Notes: generated by a model from the letters alone, not told the origin. Counted from the stretch's first letter, positions 1 through 9,154 are shown. The stretch is 22,409 nt of DNA from an uncultured Candidatus Rokubacteria bacterium (GCA_963747235.1 CAVVEU010000042.1:1-22409); one strand, 5' to 3'. Numbers and translations are program-made.

Positions 1-72
1 CCAGGCCGCGCGGAAGCGCTGAGCCGCCCCGGCGACGTGGGATCTCACGCGAACAGGAGGAGGATGAAGACC

Positions 73-587
73 ATGAGCGCGCGCAAGGGGGAAGACTCAA
101 TGAATGTCGACAGGTCACGGCTCAGATTCATGGTGGAGGGCGGCGGCGTTCGCGGTCACCCTCGCGATGGGCCGCCGCGCCGGCGCGCAGGCCGGGCCAT
201 GCCGGGAAGATCACGGTCTACAAGGAGCCGACCTGAGGGTGCTGCAACGAGTGGGTGGGGCACCTACAGCGATCGGGGTTCGCCGTGGCGGTGGAGAACC
301 GGGCCGACCTCCGGCCGATCAAGAGCCGGTATCGCGTGCCGGCCGATCTCGAGGTCCTGTCATACGGCAGTGATCGAGGGGTACGCGATCGAGGGCCACG
401 TCCCCGCTGATGTGATCAGCCGGCTTCTCCGCGAGCGCCCGAAGGTCCTCGGCCTGGCCGTGCCGGGGATGCCGGCCGGCTCCCCAGGCATGGAGGTGCC
501 GGGCTCACCGGCCGGAGCCTGTACCGCGTCTTCATGTTCGATAGGGGGCGCACCGTGGGCGTCTTCGCGACCCGCTCGGGTGGTTGA
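73..587 (+). CDS. DUF411/CopG-like periplasmic metal-binding protein; frameshifted in this sequence; in-frame TGA at a conserved Cys (possible Sec)
   Basis: Stitching frames gives a signal-like N-terminus (AAAFAVTLAM), KITVYKEPT*GCCNEWVGHL (207-266), SCHTAVIEGYAIEGHVPA, GLAVPGMPAGSPGME and YRVFMFDRGRTVGVFA, ending at TGA 585-587. These are DUF411 hallmark motifs. At least 4 frame changes. Start is ATG 73 (GGAGG at 59-63) or ATG 100. Confidence 0.85.
240..271 (+). promoter_or_regulatory. Candidate bacterial SECIS hairpin
   Basis: Follows TGA 234-236. Upper stem GUGGGUG (251-257) / CACCUAC (261-267) with a GGG loop; lower stem UGCU (240-243) / AGCG (268-271). The apical loop is 21 nt from the UGA. 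Confidence 0.5.
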
Positions 588-736
588 TCGAGAGACGTGA
601 AGAAACGCGGAGGGGCACACGCCAAGTAGTATATTTGCGCCATTGTTCCCTGTCGGGGCCGTGGACTAACATCGGGAATCGCCGATGGTATTGACGGCCA
701 TTGTCCCAATCCCAATGGGAACCGAAAGGGTCGCCA

Positions 737-1930
737 ATGATGCGAAGTGTGAGGTGGATCGTCCTCACTGTCGCCGTACTCGTCGCACCGCTCGGCGCGG
801 TCTCGGCCCAGCCTGTGATGAGCCCGAGCCAGGACCCGCTCGCGGGGTCGCAGGTGTTCGGCTCAAAGGGTTGCGTCAAGTGCCACTCGGTGAACGGGGT
901 CGGCGGCAAGGTGGCGCCCGATCTCGCCCGCACGATGAGGCCGCGCTCGTTCGTCGATCTGGCGACCGCGATGTGGAACCACCTTCCGCGCATGACGGAC
1001 CGGATGAAGCAGCTCGGCATTGCCCGGCCGCAGCTCGACTCCAAGGAGGCCGGCGACCTGGTCGGCTTCCTCTACACGTTGAACTACTTCGACGCCCCGG
1101 GTAATGCCGACGCCGGGAAGCGCGTCTTCTCCGAGAAGCACTGCATCACCTGCCATACCGTGCGCGGCACGGGCGGGGTGGTGGGGCCGAACCTGGATCA
1201 CCTCCGGCAATTCGGCTCACCCATCTTCGTGGCGTCGGCGATGTGGAACCACGGGCCCCAGATGGCGGAGAAGATGAAGGAGCGGGGGATCGACCGCCCC
1301 ACCTTCACGGCGAAGGAGCTGCGCGATCTCAGCGCATATCTGGCCCCCGCCACCGGGGGGCCCGAGGAAGGGCCGCTCTACGTGCTGCCGGGGCGGCCCG
1401 AGTCCGGGCGGCAGCTCTTCGCGGAGAAGCGCTGCATCGAGTGCCACGCGGTGGGTGGTGCGGGTGGCCGCGTGGGACCGGATCTGGTCGAGCGCGGTCT
1501 ACGGGAGAGCCCGATGGAGTTCGCGGCGACGATCTGGAACAAGGCGCCCGCCATGGCCGCGGTCATGCAATCCAAGGGAATCAGCGTCCCCCAGCTGGCC
1601 CCCGAGCAGATGGCCGACATCGTCGCCTACCTGTATTCGGTCCGCTACTTCGCGAGCGGCAACGTGCAGCAGGGATACAGCGTGGCGAGCCAGAAGGGCT
1701 GCTTGAACTGCCACGTGCTTCGCGGCGAGCGCGGCAAGCCCGCCAGTGACTTGACGAAGGTGAAAGGGCTGGACTCACCGGCCGCGGCGCTGGCCGCCCT
1801 GTGGAACCACGCGCTGGTGACGCCCACCGTTGCCGGGAAGAAGCTGGACTGGCCGGTCTTCGCATCTCGAGAGATGGCCGACCTCCTCGCGATGCTCCAG
1901 TCCGTCAGCCAGTCGCAAAAAGCCCGCTGA
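737..1930 (+). CDS. Periplasmic tetraheme cytochrome c made of four tandem class I-like domains
   Basis: GAAAGGG RBS before ATG 737; signal peptide ending AVSA-Q; CVKCH, CITCH, CIECH, CLNCH; each domain repeats GxxxFxxKxCxxCH...GPDL...WN(H/K)xPxM. Confidence 0.92.
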   Translation: MMRSVRWIVLTVAVLVAPLGAVSAQPVMSPSQDPLAGSQVFGSKGCVKCHSVNGVGGKVAPDLARTMRPRSFVDLATAMWNHLPRMTDRMKQLGIARPQLDSKEAGDLVGFLYTLNYFDAPGNADAGKRVFSEKHCITCHTVRGTGGVVGPNLDHLRQFGSPIFVASAMWNHGPQMAEKMKERGIDRPTFTAKELRDLSAYLAPATGGPEEGPLYVLPGRPESGRQLFAEKRCIECHAVGGAGGRVGPDLVERGLRESPMEFAATIWNKAPAMAAVMQSKGISVPQLAPEQMADIVAYLYSVRYFASGNVQQGYSVASQKGCLNCHVLRGERGKPASDLTKVKGLDSPAAALAALWNHALVTPTVAGKKLDWPVFASREMADLLAMLQSVSQSQKAR

Positions 1931-1938
1931 TCCGTGAG

Positions 1939-3206
1939 ATGACCGGACTCGGTCTCGCGGGAGCGCTGCTCCTTGCGGTCGTGCTGTGGCCTTCCCAGGT
2001 GGGGGCCCAGGCGCGCGGACGCGTGCGCCGCCTGTCACCTCGAGACCGGGGACGAGCGGCTGGCCGCTCCCGCCAGGAATTTCGACGGGGACATCCACAA
2101 GGCGAAAGGCTTCGGCTGCGTGGACTGCCACGGCGGTGACAGCCGGGCGACCGGCATGGAGGCCATGGATCCCCGCAAGGGCTTCATCGGCAAGATCTCG
2201 CGCCCGCAGATGACCCAGGTCTGCGGCCGGTGCCACTCCGACGCCGGCTTCATGAAGCGCTACAATCCCTCGCTGCGCGTGGACCAGGTGGCCGAATACG
2301 CGACCTCGGTCCACGGCCGGCGGCTCAGAGAGCTGGGCGATCCGAAGGTGGCGACCTGCGCGAGCTGCCACCCGCCCCATGCGATTCGACCGCGGTCCGA
2401 TCCGAAGTCGAGCGTTCATCCGGTCCGCGTCGCCGACACCTGCGCCCGCTGCCACGCCGACGCGAAGTACATGGCGAGCTACAAGATCCCGACCGATCAG
2501 CTCGAGAAGTACAAGAGCAGCGTCCACTGGGCCGCGATGACGGCCAAGGGCGACCTCTCCGCGCCCACGTGCAACAGCTGCCACGGCAATCACGGCGCCG
2601 TGCCACCCGGGGTGAACTGGGTGGGCAACGTGTGCGGGCAATGCCACAGCCGTGCAGGCCGACCTGTTCAAGTCGAGCGTCCACGCCAAGGCGTTCACCG
2701 AGATGGGGACACCGGGCTGCGCGACGTGCCACGAGAACCACGCGATCCGCGCGCCCGGCGACTTCATGCTGGGGCTCGGAGACAAGGCGGTCTGCGGCAC
2801 CTGCCACGGTCCCGACGACAAGGGGGGCAAGAGTGCCGTCGAGATGCAGGCGCGGATCAGTTCGCTCCGGACCGAGCTGGAGAAGGCCGACGCCCTCCTG
2901 CTGCGGGCCGAGCGGGCGGGCATGGAGGTCAGCCAGGCCCAGTTCGATCTGAACGGAGCCCGGGACGACCTGATCAAGGCGCGCGCGGCCGTCCACGCCT
3001 TCAAGGTCGACGCGGTGAAGCAGGCGGTCGAGCCCGGGCTTGCGGTGAGCGCCAAGGCCCACGCCCGCGGGCTGCGCGCGCTGGAAGAGCTCGGGTTCCG
3101 GCGCAAGGGGCTCGCGGTGTCGCTGGTCGTGATCTTCGCCCTGATCGCGGGCCTGGTGGTGAAGATCCGGCAGCTCGATCGCCCCAGGGAGGCTTCCCAT
3201 GACTGA
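1939..3206 (+). CDS. Nonaheme cytochrome c with C-terminal membrane anchor (2 apparent frameshifts)
   Basis: Signal peptide MTGLGLAGALLLAVVLWPSQVGA; +1 shifts near 2015 and 2651; CAACH, CVDCH, CGRCH, CASCH, CARCH, CNSCH, CGQCH, CATCH, CGTCH; repeated (Y/F)xxSVH; helical stalk then TM GLAVSLVVIFALIAGLVV. Confidence 0.88.
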
Positions 3207-3655
3207 GCACGTGCTGGAGCCCGACGAGAGCCGCCGGGGATTCATCAACTGGTTCCTCGGGACCAGTGCGGTGGCGTTCGTCCTCTCCGTCTTCTATCCG
3301 GTGGCCAGCTACCTGGTGCCGCCCACGGTCGGGGAGTCCACCGCGGGCACCGTGACGCTGCCCATCAAGCCCGACGACGTGAAGCCCAATACGGGACAGA
3401 TCTTCAAGTTCGGAAGCCGCCCCGGCGATCCTGATCCGGACCTCGGCCGGTGATCTCCGGGCATTCTCCGCCGTCTGCACCCATCTCAACTGCACCGTGC
3501 AGTACCGGTCGGATCTCAGCGAGATCTGGTGCGCCTGCCACAACGGCCACTACGACCTGAACGGCAAGAATGTCGCGGGCCCGCCGCCCCGGCCGCTGGA
3601 CACGTTCGTGGTCAATGTCCGGGGGACCCAGATCGTGGTCAGCAAGAGCGCGTGA
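3199..3655 (+). CDS. qcrA: Rieske [2Fe-2S] subunit of a Rieske/cytochrome b complex (1 apparent frameshift)
   Basis: Tat motif SRRGFI plus TM helix; +1 shift near 3427, then CTHLNC and [10 protein letters not shown] boxes and GPPPRPL; stop TGA 3653-3655. Confidence 0.92.
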
Positions 3656-3657
3656 CG

Positions 3658-4755
3658 ATGGAGGCCGGCGAGCCGCGACACGGCAGGCTCTGGATGTGGC
3701 TCGACCAGCGGGTCGGGCTCAAGGACCTGGAGAAGCTCGCCCGGAAGAAGGAGATCCCGGTCCATCGGCACAGCATCTGGTACTACCTGGGCGGCATGAC
3801 CCTCTTCCTCTTCATCATCCAGGTGTCGACCGGCATCCTGCTGCTGCTCTACTACCGCCCGAGCGCGGAGGAGGCCTTCGAGTCGATCCAGTTCCTGATG
3901 GCCGAGGTCCAGTTCGGCTGGCTCATCCGCTCGATCCACTCCTGGGCGGCCAACCTCATGATCCTCACCCTCTTCGTGCATCTCTTCAGCGTGCTGCTGC
4001 TCAAGGCGTACCGGCCGCCGCGGGAGATCACGTGGTTCTCCGGCATGGCGCTGCTGGGCCTGGCCCTCGGCTTCGGGTTCACGGGCTACCTGCTGCCGTG
4101 GAACGAGCTCGCGTACTTCGCGACCAAGGTGGGCACCGAGATCACGAGCGCCGTTCCCGGGATCGGAGGGTTCGCGGGCCGGCTGCTCCGCGGCGGCGAC
4201 GAGGTGACCGGGGCGACGCTGACGCGCTTCTACGGGATCCACGTCGCGATCCTGCCCGCGACCGCGGTCGCCCTCCTGGGGCTGCACCTGTACCTGGTGC
4301 AGCGACACGGGATGAGCGTGCCGCCCGGCGTCGAGCGGAAGGGCGGGGCGGCGCGCGTGATGCCGTTCGTCCCGAACTTCCTGCTGCGCGACATCGTGGG
4401 CTGGCTCTCGGCGCTCGCGGTCCTGGCCGCGCTCGCCGCGTACTTCCCGGCGGAGCTCGGCCGGAAGGCGGATCCGTTCCTGCCCGCCCCGGCCGGGATC
4501 AAGCCCGAGTGGTACTTCATGTTCATGTTCCAGACGCTGAAGTACCTGCCGAGCCACATCCTCGGCATCGAGGGGGAGATCGTGGGCATTCTCGGCTTCG
4601 GACTGGGCGGCCTCTTCCTCCTGCTCATCCCCCTCCTCGACCGCCGGACCGCGCGGGGCCAGCCGAGCCGTCTGTTCACCTGGATCGGGATCGCGATCAT
4701 CCTGTACATGGTGCTGTTCACCGTTCTCGGCTACATGGCGAGCGCGACCAAGTGA
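3658..4755 (+). CDS. qcrB: Cytochrome b of a Rieske/cytochrome b complex (b6-like N-half fused to subunit IV-like C-half)
   Basis: [40 protein letters not shown]...LH, and the Qo motif PEWY; ATG 3658 lies directly after the Rieske stop. Confidence 0.95.
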   Translation: MEAGEPRHGRLWMWLDQRVGLKDLEKLARKKEIPVHRHSIWYYLGGMTLFLFIIQVSTGILLLLYYRPSAEEAFESIQFLMAEVQFGWLIRSIHSWAANLMILTLFVHLFSVLLLKAYRPPREITWFSGMALLGLALGFGFTGYLLPWNELAYFATKVGTEITSAVPGIGGFAGRLLRGGDEVTGATLTRFYGIHVAILPATAVALLGLHLYLVQRHGMSVPPGVERKGGAARVMPFVPNFLLRDIVGWLSALAVLAALAAYFPAELGRKADPFLPAPAGIKPEWYFMFMFQTLKYLPSHILGIEGEIVGILGFGLGGLFLLLIPLLDRRTARGQPSRLFTWIGIAIILYMVLFTVLGYMASATK

Positions 4756-5383
4756 TCCACCGGCGCCCGGGTCCGTTCCTGCTCGGGATCGGCGCTCGTC
4801 CTCGCCGGGATCGGCGCGGGGATCGGGACCGCGGCGGAGGCTCCCGGGGACGCGGAGCGCGGGCAGGCGGTCTTCGCGGCCAAGCAGTGCGTGCGCTGCC
4901 ATGCTTCCCGGGGCCAGCCGAGCGTGGGGCCGGCCATCGAGGAGCTGAGACGGCCGCAGGGCGCCTACGAGCTGGCGGGCCGCTTCTGGAACCACGCCCC
5001 CGCCATGTTCACGACCTTGATGCGGGAGGGGATCGCGTGGCCGGAGATCAGTCCCGCGGAGATGGCCGATCTGATGGCGTATCTCCAGGCGGATGCGTCG
5101 CGGGACCCGGCCCCCGACCTCTCCCAGGGGCACATCCTCCTCGTCAGGAAAGGATGTCTCAAGTGCCATCGCTATCGAGGTGAAGGCGGCAAGATCGCCG
5201 AGGAGCTGACGCAGTACCATCCCGGTTACCAGTCTGCCGTGACCGTGGGCGGGCGCGGTCTGGAAGCACGCCCCTCGCATGGCCGAGGAGGCCCGGCGGA
5301 TGGGGGTGTCATACCCTCGCTTCACGGGCGAGGAGATGGGGAACCTGGTCGGGCTCCTTCGGAGCACCGCCAAGGCGCCGTGA
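4752..5383 (+). CDS. Periplasmic diheme cytochrome c, same domain type as the tetraheme (2 apparent frameshifts)
   Basis: GTG overlaps the cytochrome b stop; +1 shifts near 4790 and 5245; CVRCH...FWNHAPAM and CLKCH...VWKHAPRM; ends RSTAKAP-TGA at 5381-5383. Confidence 0.85.
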
Positions 5384-5408
5384 CCAACGAAGCCAGGAGG
5401 AACCTACG

Positions 5409-5775
5409 ATGTCCTATCGACCATGGATGTTCGCGCTCGTGATCGCGGCCACGCTCGGCGTCGTGGCGGTCTCGTCAGGGACCGCGTCGGCGCAGGTCAA
5501 GCCGCCCGCCGACTTCAAGTTCGAGAGCCGGCAAGGACAGCCCCGGGCCGGTGACCTTCAGCCACGAGGAGCACAAGGAGAAGGTCGGCGGGTGCACGGC
5601 GTGCCACGTCAAGATCTTCAAGATGAAGAAGGGGGCGGACGCGCCGTTCACGATGGAGAGGATGAAGAACGGGCAGCTGTGCGGGACCTGCCACAACGGC
5701 ACGACCGAGGTCAAGGGGAAGGTGGTTTTCGCCGCGACCGACAAGGCCAACTGCGAGAAGTGTCACAGGAAGTGA
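5409..5775 (+). CDS. Small c7-type triheme periplasmic cytochrome (1 apparent frameshift)
   Basis: AGGAGG RBS; signal peptide ending ASA-Q; +1 shift near 5530; VTFSHEEH, CTACH, MERMKNGQLCGTCH, CEKCH match the c(7)-type triheme domain pattern. Confidence 0.87.
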
Positions 5776-6707
5776 CCGACCCCGAGGAGTCCCCGGCCAC
5801 GCGCCGGCGGGTCTACCGCTGGCGCGCGGTCTGGATCGTCCTCGCGATCGCGGCGGTCGTCGGCGGCGGCGTGCTGACGAGCCTCTGGCACGTCAGCGCG
5901 AGCCCGCAGTTCTGCAACTCGTGCCACATCATGCGCCCCTACGTCGAGGCCTGGAAGGTGTCCAAGCACAGCCAGGTCGCCTGCGTGCAGTGTCACTATC
6001 CCCCCGGTCTGCGCGACACGCTCTGGGTGAAGTTCCAGGCCATCAGCCAGGTCGCCAAGTGGGCGACGCAGACCTACAACTCGAAGCCGTTTGCGGTCGT
6101 GGAAGACGCCAGCTGCTTCCGCTCGGGCTGTCACTCCGGGGCCCAGCTCGAGAGCCGGGGCGTGCTCACCTTCGGGCGGGGCGTGCGCTTCGATCACCGC
6201 CCCCACCTCCAATCGGCGATGATGGGCCGGCAGTTGCGCTGCACGAGCTGTCATTCGCAGATCGTCGTGGGAAAGCACTTCGAGGTCACGACGTCCACCT
6301 GTTTCACCTGCCACTTCAAGGGGACGAAGGACGGCCGGGACCTCGCTCCGGTCGCGGGTTGCACCGGTTGCCACGAGCTCCCCAAGGGGGACATCGCCGT
6401 GAGCTCGATCCGGTTCAACCACGCCCAGATCGTGCAGCGGGGCGTGTCGTGCGAGAAGTGTCACCTCAACGTGGTCGAGGGAAGCGGGGAGGTGCCGCGG
6501 GAGCGTTGTTTCACCTGCCACAACCAGCAGGAGAAGCTCGACCGGTATACCGACCGGGCGCTGCTGCACTCGGTTCACGTCACCGAGCGCACCATCACCT
6601 GCACCCGGTGTCACACCGAGATCAAGCACCGGCTGCCACCGCCGGTCGGCGCGCCAACGGCGCAAGGCGAGCGCGGGGCGCTCCTGGCCACGCCGGGACG
6701 CCGATGA
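5772..6707 (+). CDS. Membrane-anchored multiheme cytochrome c with NapC/NirT/NrfH-like N-terminus (9 heme motifs)
   Basis: GTG overlaps the previous stop; N-terminal TM helix; FCNSCHIM (CxxCHxM), CVQCH, CFRSGCH (CX4CH), CTSCH, CFTCH, CTGCH, CEKCH, CFTCH, CTRCH. Confidence 0.9.
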   Translation: MTDPEESPATRRRVYRWRAVWIVLAIAAVVGGGVLTSLWHVSASPQFCNSCHIMRPYVEAWKVSKHSQVACVQCHYPPGLRDTLWVKFQAISQVAKWATQTYNSKPFAVVEDASCFRSGCHSGAQLESRGVLTFGRGVRFDHRPHLQSAMMGRQLRCTSCHSQIVVGKHFEVTTSTCFTCHFKGTKDGRDLAPVAGCTGCHELPKGDIAVSSIRFNHAQIVQRGVSCEKCHLNVVEGSGEVPRERCFTCHNQQEKLDRYTDRALLHSVHVTERTITCTRCHTEIKHRLPPPVGAPTAQGERGALLATPGRR

Positions 6708-8011
6708 TCCGGGCGGCGCTGCTTCTGGCACTACTGGGGCTCACCCTCGCGGGGCCGGGCCCCGCACGGGCGCAGGGGCCCGGCACGCCGCCCGCGCCTC
6801 CGGCATCGCAGCACACCGGCGAGCTCGATTGCCGTCAGTGCCACCAGGGCAACCACCAGGGCGTGGTCGGCATGTACCTCGGGATGGGTGGGCGGGGCAC
6901 CCCCATGATCCCCAGCCACATGTTCCAGGTGCGGGTGCAGTGCGTCGCCTGCCACATCGTGCCCAAGGAGGACCAGGGGTCGGCGGCGCTCGTCGGGCGG
7001 ACCTTCAGGCCCACCGAGCAGGCCTGCGTGAATTGCCACGGCGAGAAGTATCGCGGCATGCTCCAGCGGTGGGTGGACACCCTCGCCAAGATGCGCGAGA
7101 TCCTCTCCCCGAAGCTGTCCGCGGCGCGGGCCGCCCTGACCGGGGCGGGCGGCCCGACCCCGAAGCAGGCGCGCGCCCAGCGGCTGACGAACGACGCCGA
7201 GTACAACATGCAGTTCGTCGCGCTCGGCAAGGGAGTCCACAACGTCTTCTACGCGGCGGACCTGCTCAAGCTCTCCAACGGCTGGCTCGATGAGGCGCTG
7301 CCGCTCCTGGGGAAGCCACCCCTCAAGAGCGACGACGCCCTGGTCCGGGGTGGCTACTGTGCCGTGCTCTGCCACTCGACCGCCGGGGTGAGGCAGTCGG
7401 AGATCGTGACCTACGGCAAGCAGCGGATCCCTCACATCCGGCACGTCACCGAGTTCGGCGCCGTGTGCACCGCCTGCCACTCGGCCGAGGTGCACAAGGC
7501 GGTCACCGCGAAGCCGGCCACGTGCTCCGGCTGTCACCACAGCGCCCAGAACGAGCGCTGCGAGTCGTGCCACCGCGCCCAGAGCGCGTTCTACCGGGGG
7601 CAGGTGAGCTCGCTGGGAGTCAAGGTCGAGGCCAACGCCATGGCCGAGGCCGTGGGCTGCACCGGGTGCCACGACTGGTCGCAGAAGCACTCGCGTCAGG
7701 CGGTGGGGCAGAAGTGCGTCGGCTGCCACGACGCCGCGTACACCAGCTTCGTGGGCGAGTGGACGACCGGGCTCGACAAGAAGGCGGCGGGGGCCCGGGA
7801 GGCGCTCCGGACCGCGGAGACCGCGCTGGCCCGCGAGCGGCGGGCCGGGCGCCGGGTCCCCGACGCCGAGGCGCTCGTGCGGCAGGCCCGGGAGGCTCTA
7901 GCCCTGGTGCAGAAGGCGCGCGGCGCCCACAATCCGGCCGGCGCCGAGTCGATCCTCGAGGGGGTCCGGGCGAAAGCCGACGCGGCCGCCGCCCAGGCCC
8001 GCCAGAAGTAG
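6704..8011 (+). CDS. Periplasmic multiheme cytochrome c (9 heme motifs)
   Basis: ATGA overlap; signal peptide ending ARA-Q; CRQCH, CVACH, CVNCH, CAVLCH (CX3CH), CTACH, CSGCH, CESCH, CTGCH, CVGCH; two helical segments ending GVHN and GAHN. Confidence 0.9.
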   Translation: MIRAALLLALLGLTLAGPGPARAQGPGTPPAPPASQHTGELDCRQCHQGNHQGVVGMYLGMGGRGTPMIPSHMFQVRVQCVACHIVPKEDQGSAALVGRTFRPTEQACVNCHGEKYRGMLQRWVDTLAKMREILSPKLSAARAALTGAGGPTPKQARAQRLTNDAEYNMQFVALGKGVHNVFYAADLLKLSNGWLDEALPLLGKPPLKSDDALVRGGYCAVLCHSTAGVRQSEIVTYGKQRIPHIRHVTEFGAVCTACHSAEVHKAVTAKPATCSGCHHSAQNERCESCHRAQSAFYRGQVSSLGVKVEANAMAEAVGCTGCHDWSQKHSRQAVGQKCVGCHDAAYTSFVGEWTTGLDKKAAGAREALRTAETALARERRAGRRVPDAEALVRQAREALALVQKARGAHNPAGAESILEGVRAKADAAAAQARQK

Positions 8012-8042
8012 CTCGGCCCGGGCAGGAGGGCCCCGGTCGAGC
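8011..8042 (+). other. Intergenic hairpin (possible attenuator or mRNA processing/stability element)
   Basis: GCTCGGCC-C-GGGC / GCCC-C-GGTCGAGC stem with an AGGAGG loop immediately after the stop; no U-tract. Confidence 0.4.
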
Positions 8043-8172
8043 AGTATGGTCCAAACGGACTATTGCCACCGTGGGGCGGATCGGCTTAGACTCCGGCGCG
8101 ATTCGGGTTGTTTCGCCCTGCGTTGTCGCGACGGGCGCCGATTGCTTTCGCCGGACCGATAGGAGCGATGCT

Positions 8173-9144
8173 ATGACCCGGAGGCTGTGGCGGCTGCTCG
8201 GAGTGATCGGTGGTGGCGCCGTCGTCCTGTCCGTCGGCTTCGTCCTGGGCCTTCCCTTCTCTTCCCGGGCCCAGCAACCCGCTCAGCCCGCCACAACGGC
8301 GGCGATGCCGCCCGGCGACAACTACGTTGGCGCGGAGACCTGCAAGGGCTGCCACGAGGAAGCGTTCAACAAGTTCTCCCATACCAGGATGGGGCGTCTC
8401 TTCCTCAGGCAGCCGCGCAGTGCGAAGGAAGCCAATGCCTGCGAGAGCTGCCACGGGCCCGGCAAGGACCACGTGGATGCGGGCGGCGGCAAGGGCAAGG
8501 GGGGCATGATCACCTTCGCGAAGAACGACCCCACGCCGGTGGAGAAGCGGAACGCGGTGTGCCTGTCGTGCCACACCAAGGGCGCCCGCCTCTTCTGGCA
8601 GGGGAGCGCGCACGAGTCGCGGGATGTGGCCTGCACGAGCTGCCACAAGGTCATGGACAATGTCTCCCCGCGCCACCAGCTCGCCAAGGAGACCGTGATC
8701 GAGACCTGCGGCAGCTGCCACATCCAGAAGCGGGCCCAGACGATGCGAACCTCGCACATGCCGCTCCGCGAGGGCAAGATGACCTGCACCTCGTGCCACA
8801 ACCCGCACGGGACGGTGACGCCGGCGCTCCTCAAGGAGCCGTCGCTCAACGATACCTGCTTCACGTGCCACGCCGAGAAGCGTGGCCCCTTCCTGTGGAA
8901 TCACCCGCCGCAGATCGAGAGCTGCGCCAACTGCCACGATCCCCACGGCTCCAATCACGAGAACATGCTGAAGACGGCCAAGCCGCGGCTCTGCCAGCAG
9001 TGTCACGTCCCGACGTCGCACCCGACGAGGCCCTACGGCCGGGACACGTCATCGCTGAAGTTCGTGCTGGGGCAATCGTGCCTGACCTGTCACGTCAACA
9101 TCCACGGCTCGAATCACCCGGCCGGCTTCGCCTTCACACGGTAA
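8173..9144 (+). CDS. mtrA: MtrA/DmsE/PioA/MtoA-family decaheme cytochrome c
   Basis: AGGAG RBS at 8161; signal peptide; exactly 10 CxxCH; family motifs CESCHGPG, CHAEKRGPFLWNHPP, CHDPHGS and C-terminal IHGSNHPAG. Confidence 0.95.
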   Translation: MTRRLWRLLGVIGGGAVVLSVGFVLGLPFSSRAQQPAQPATTAAMPPGDNYVGAETCKGCHEEAFNKFSHTRMGRLFLRQPRSAKEANACESCHGPGKDHVDAGGGKGKGGMITFAKNDPTPVEKRNAVCLSCHTKGARLFWQGSAHESRDVACTSCHKVMDNVSPRHQLAKETVIETCGSCHIQKRAQTMRTSHMPLREGKMTCTSCHNPHGTVTPALLKEPSLNDTCFTCHAEKRGPFLWNHPPQIESCANCHDPHGSNHENMLKTAKPRLCQQCHVPTSHPTRPYGRDTSSLKFVLGQSCLTCHVNIHGSNHPAGFAFTR

Positions 9145-9154
9145 GGGGGCCGCC

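Noticed and set aside
5409-6707. 432-aa ORF suggesting one protein from 5409
   Set aside because: A frameshift near 5530 joins the c7 signal peptide to the next gene's frame; there are two genes (5409-5775 and 5772-6707).
8132-8146. Sigma-54-like CGGGCGCCGATTGCT upstream of mtrA
   Set aside because: GG-to-GC spacing is 9 rather than the required 10.
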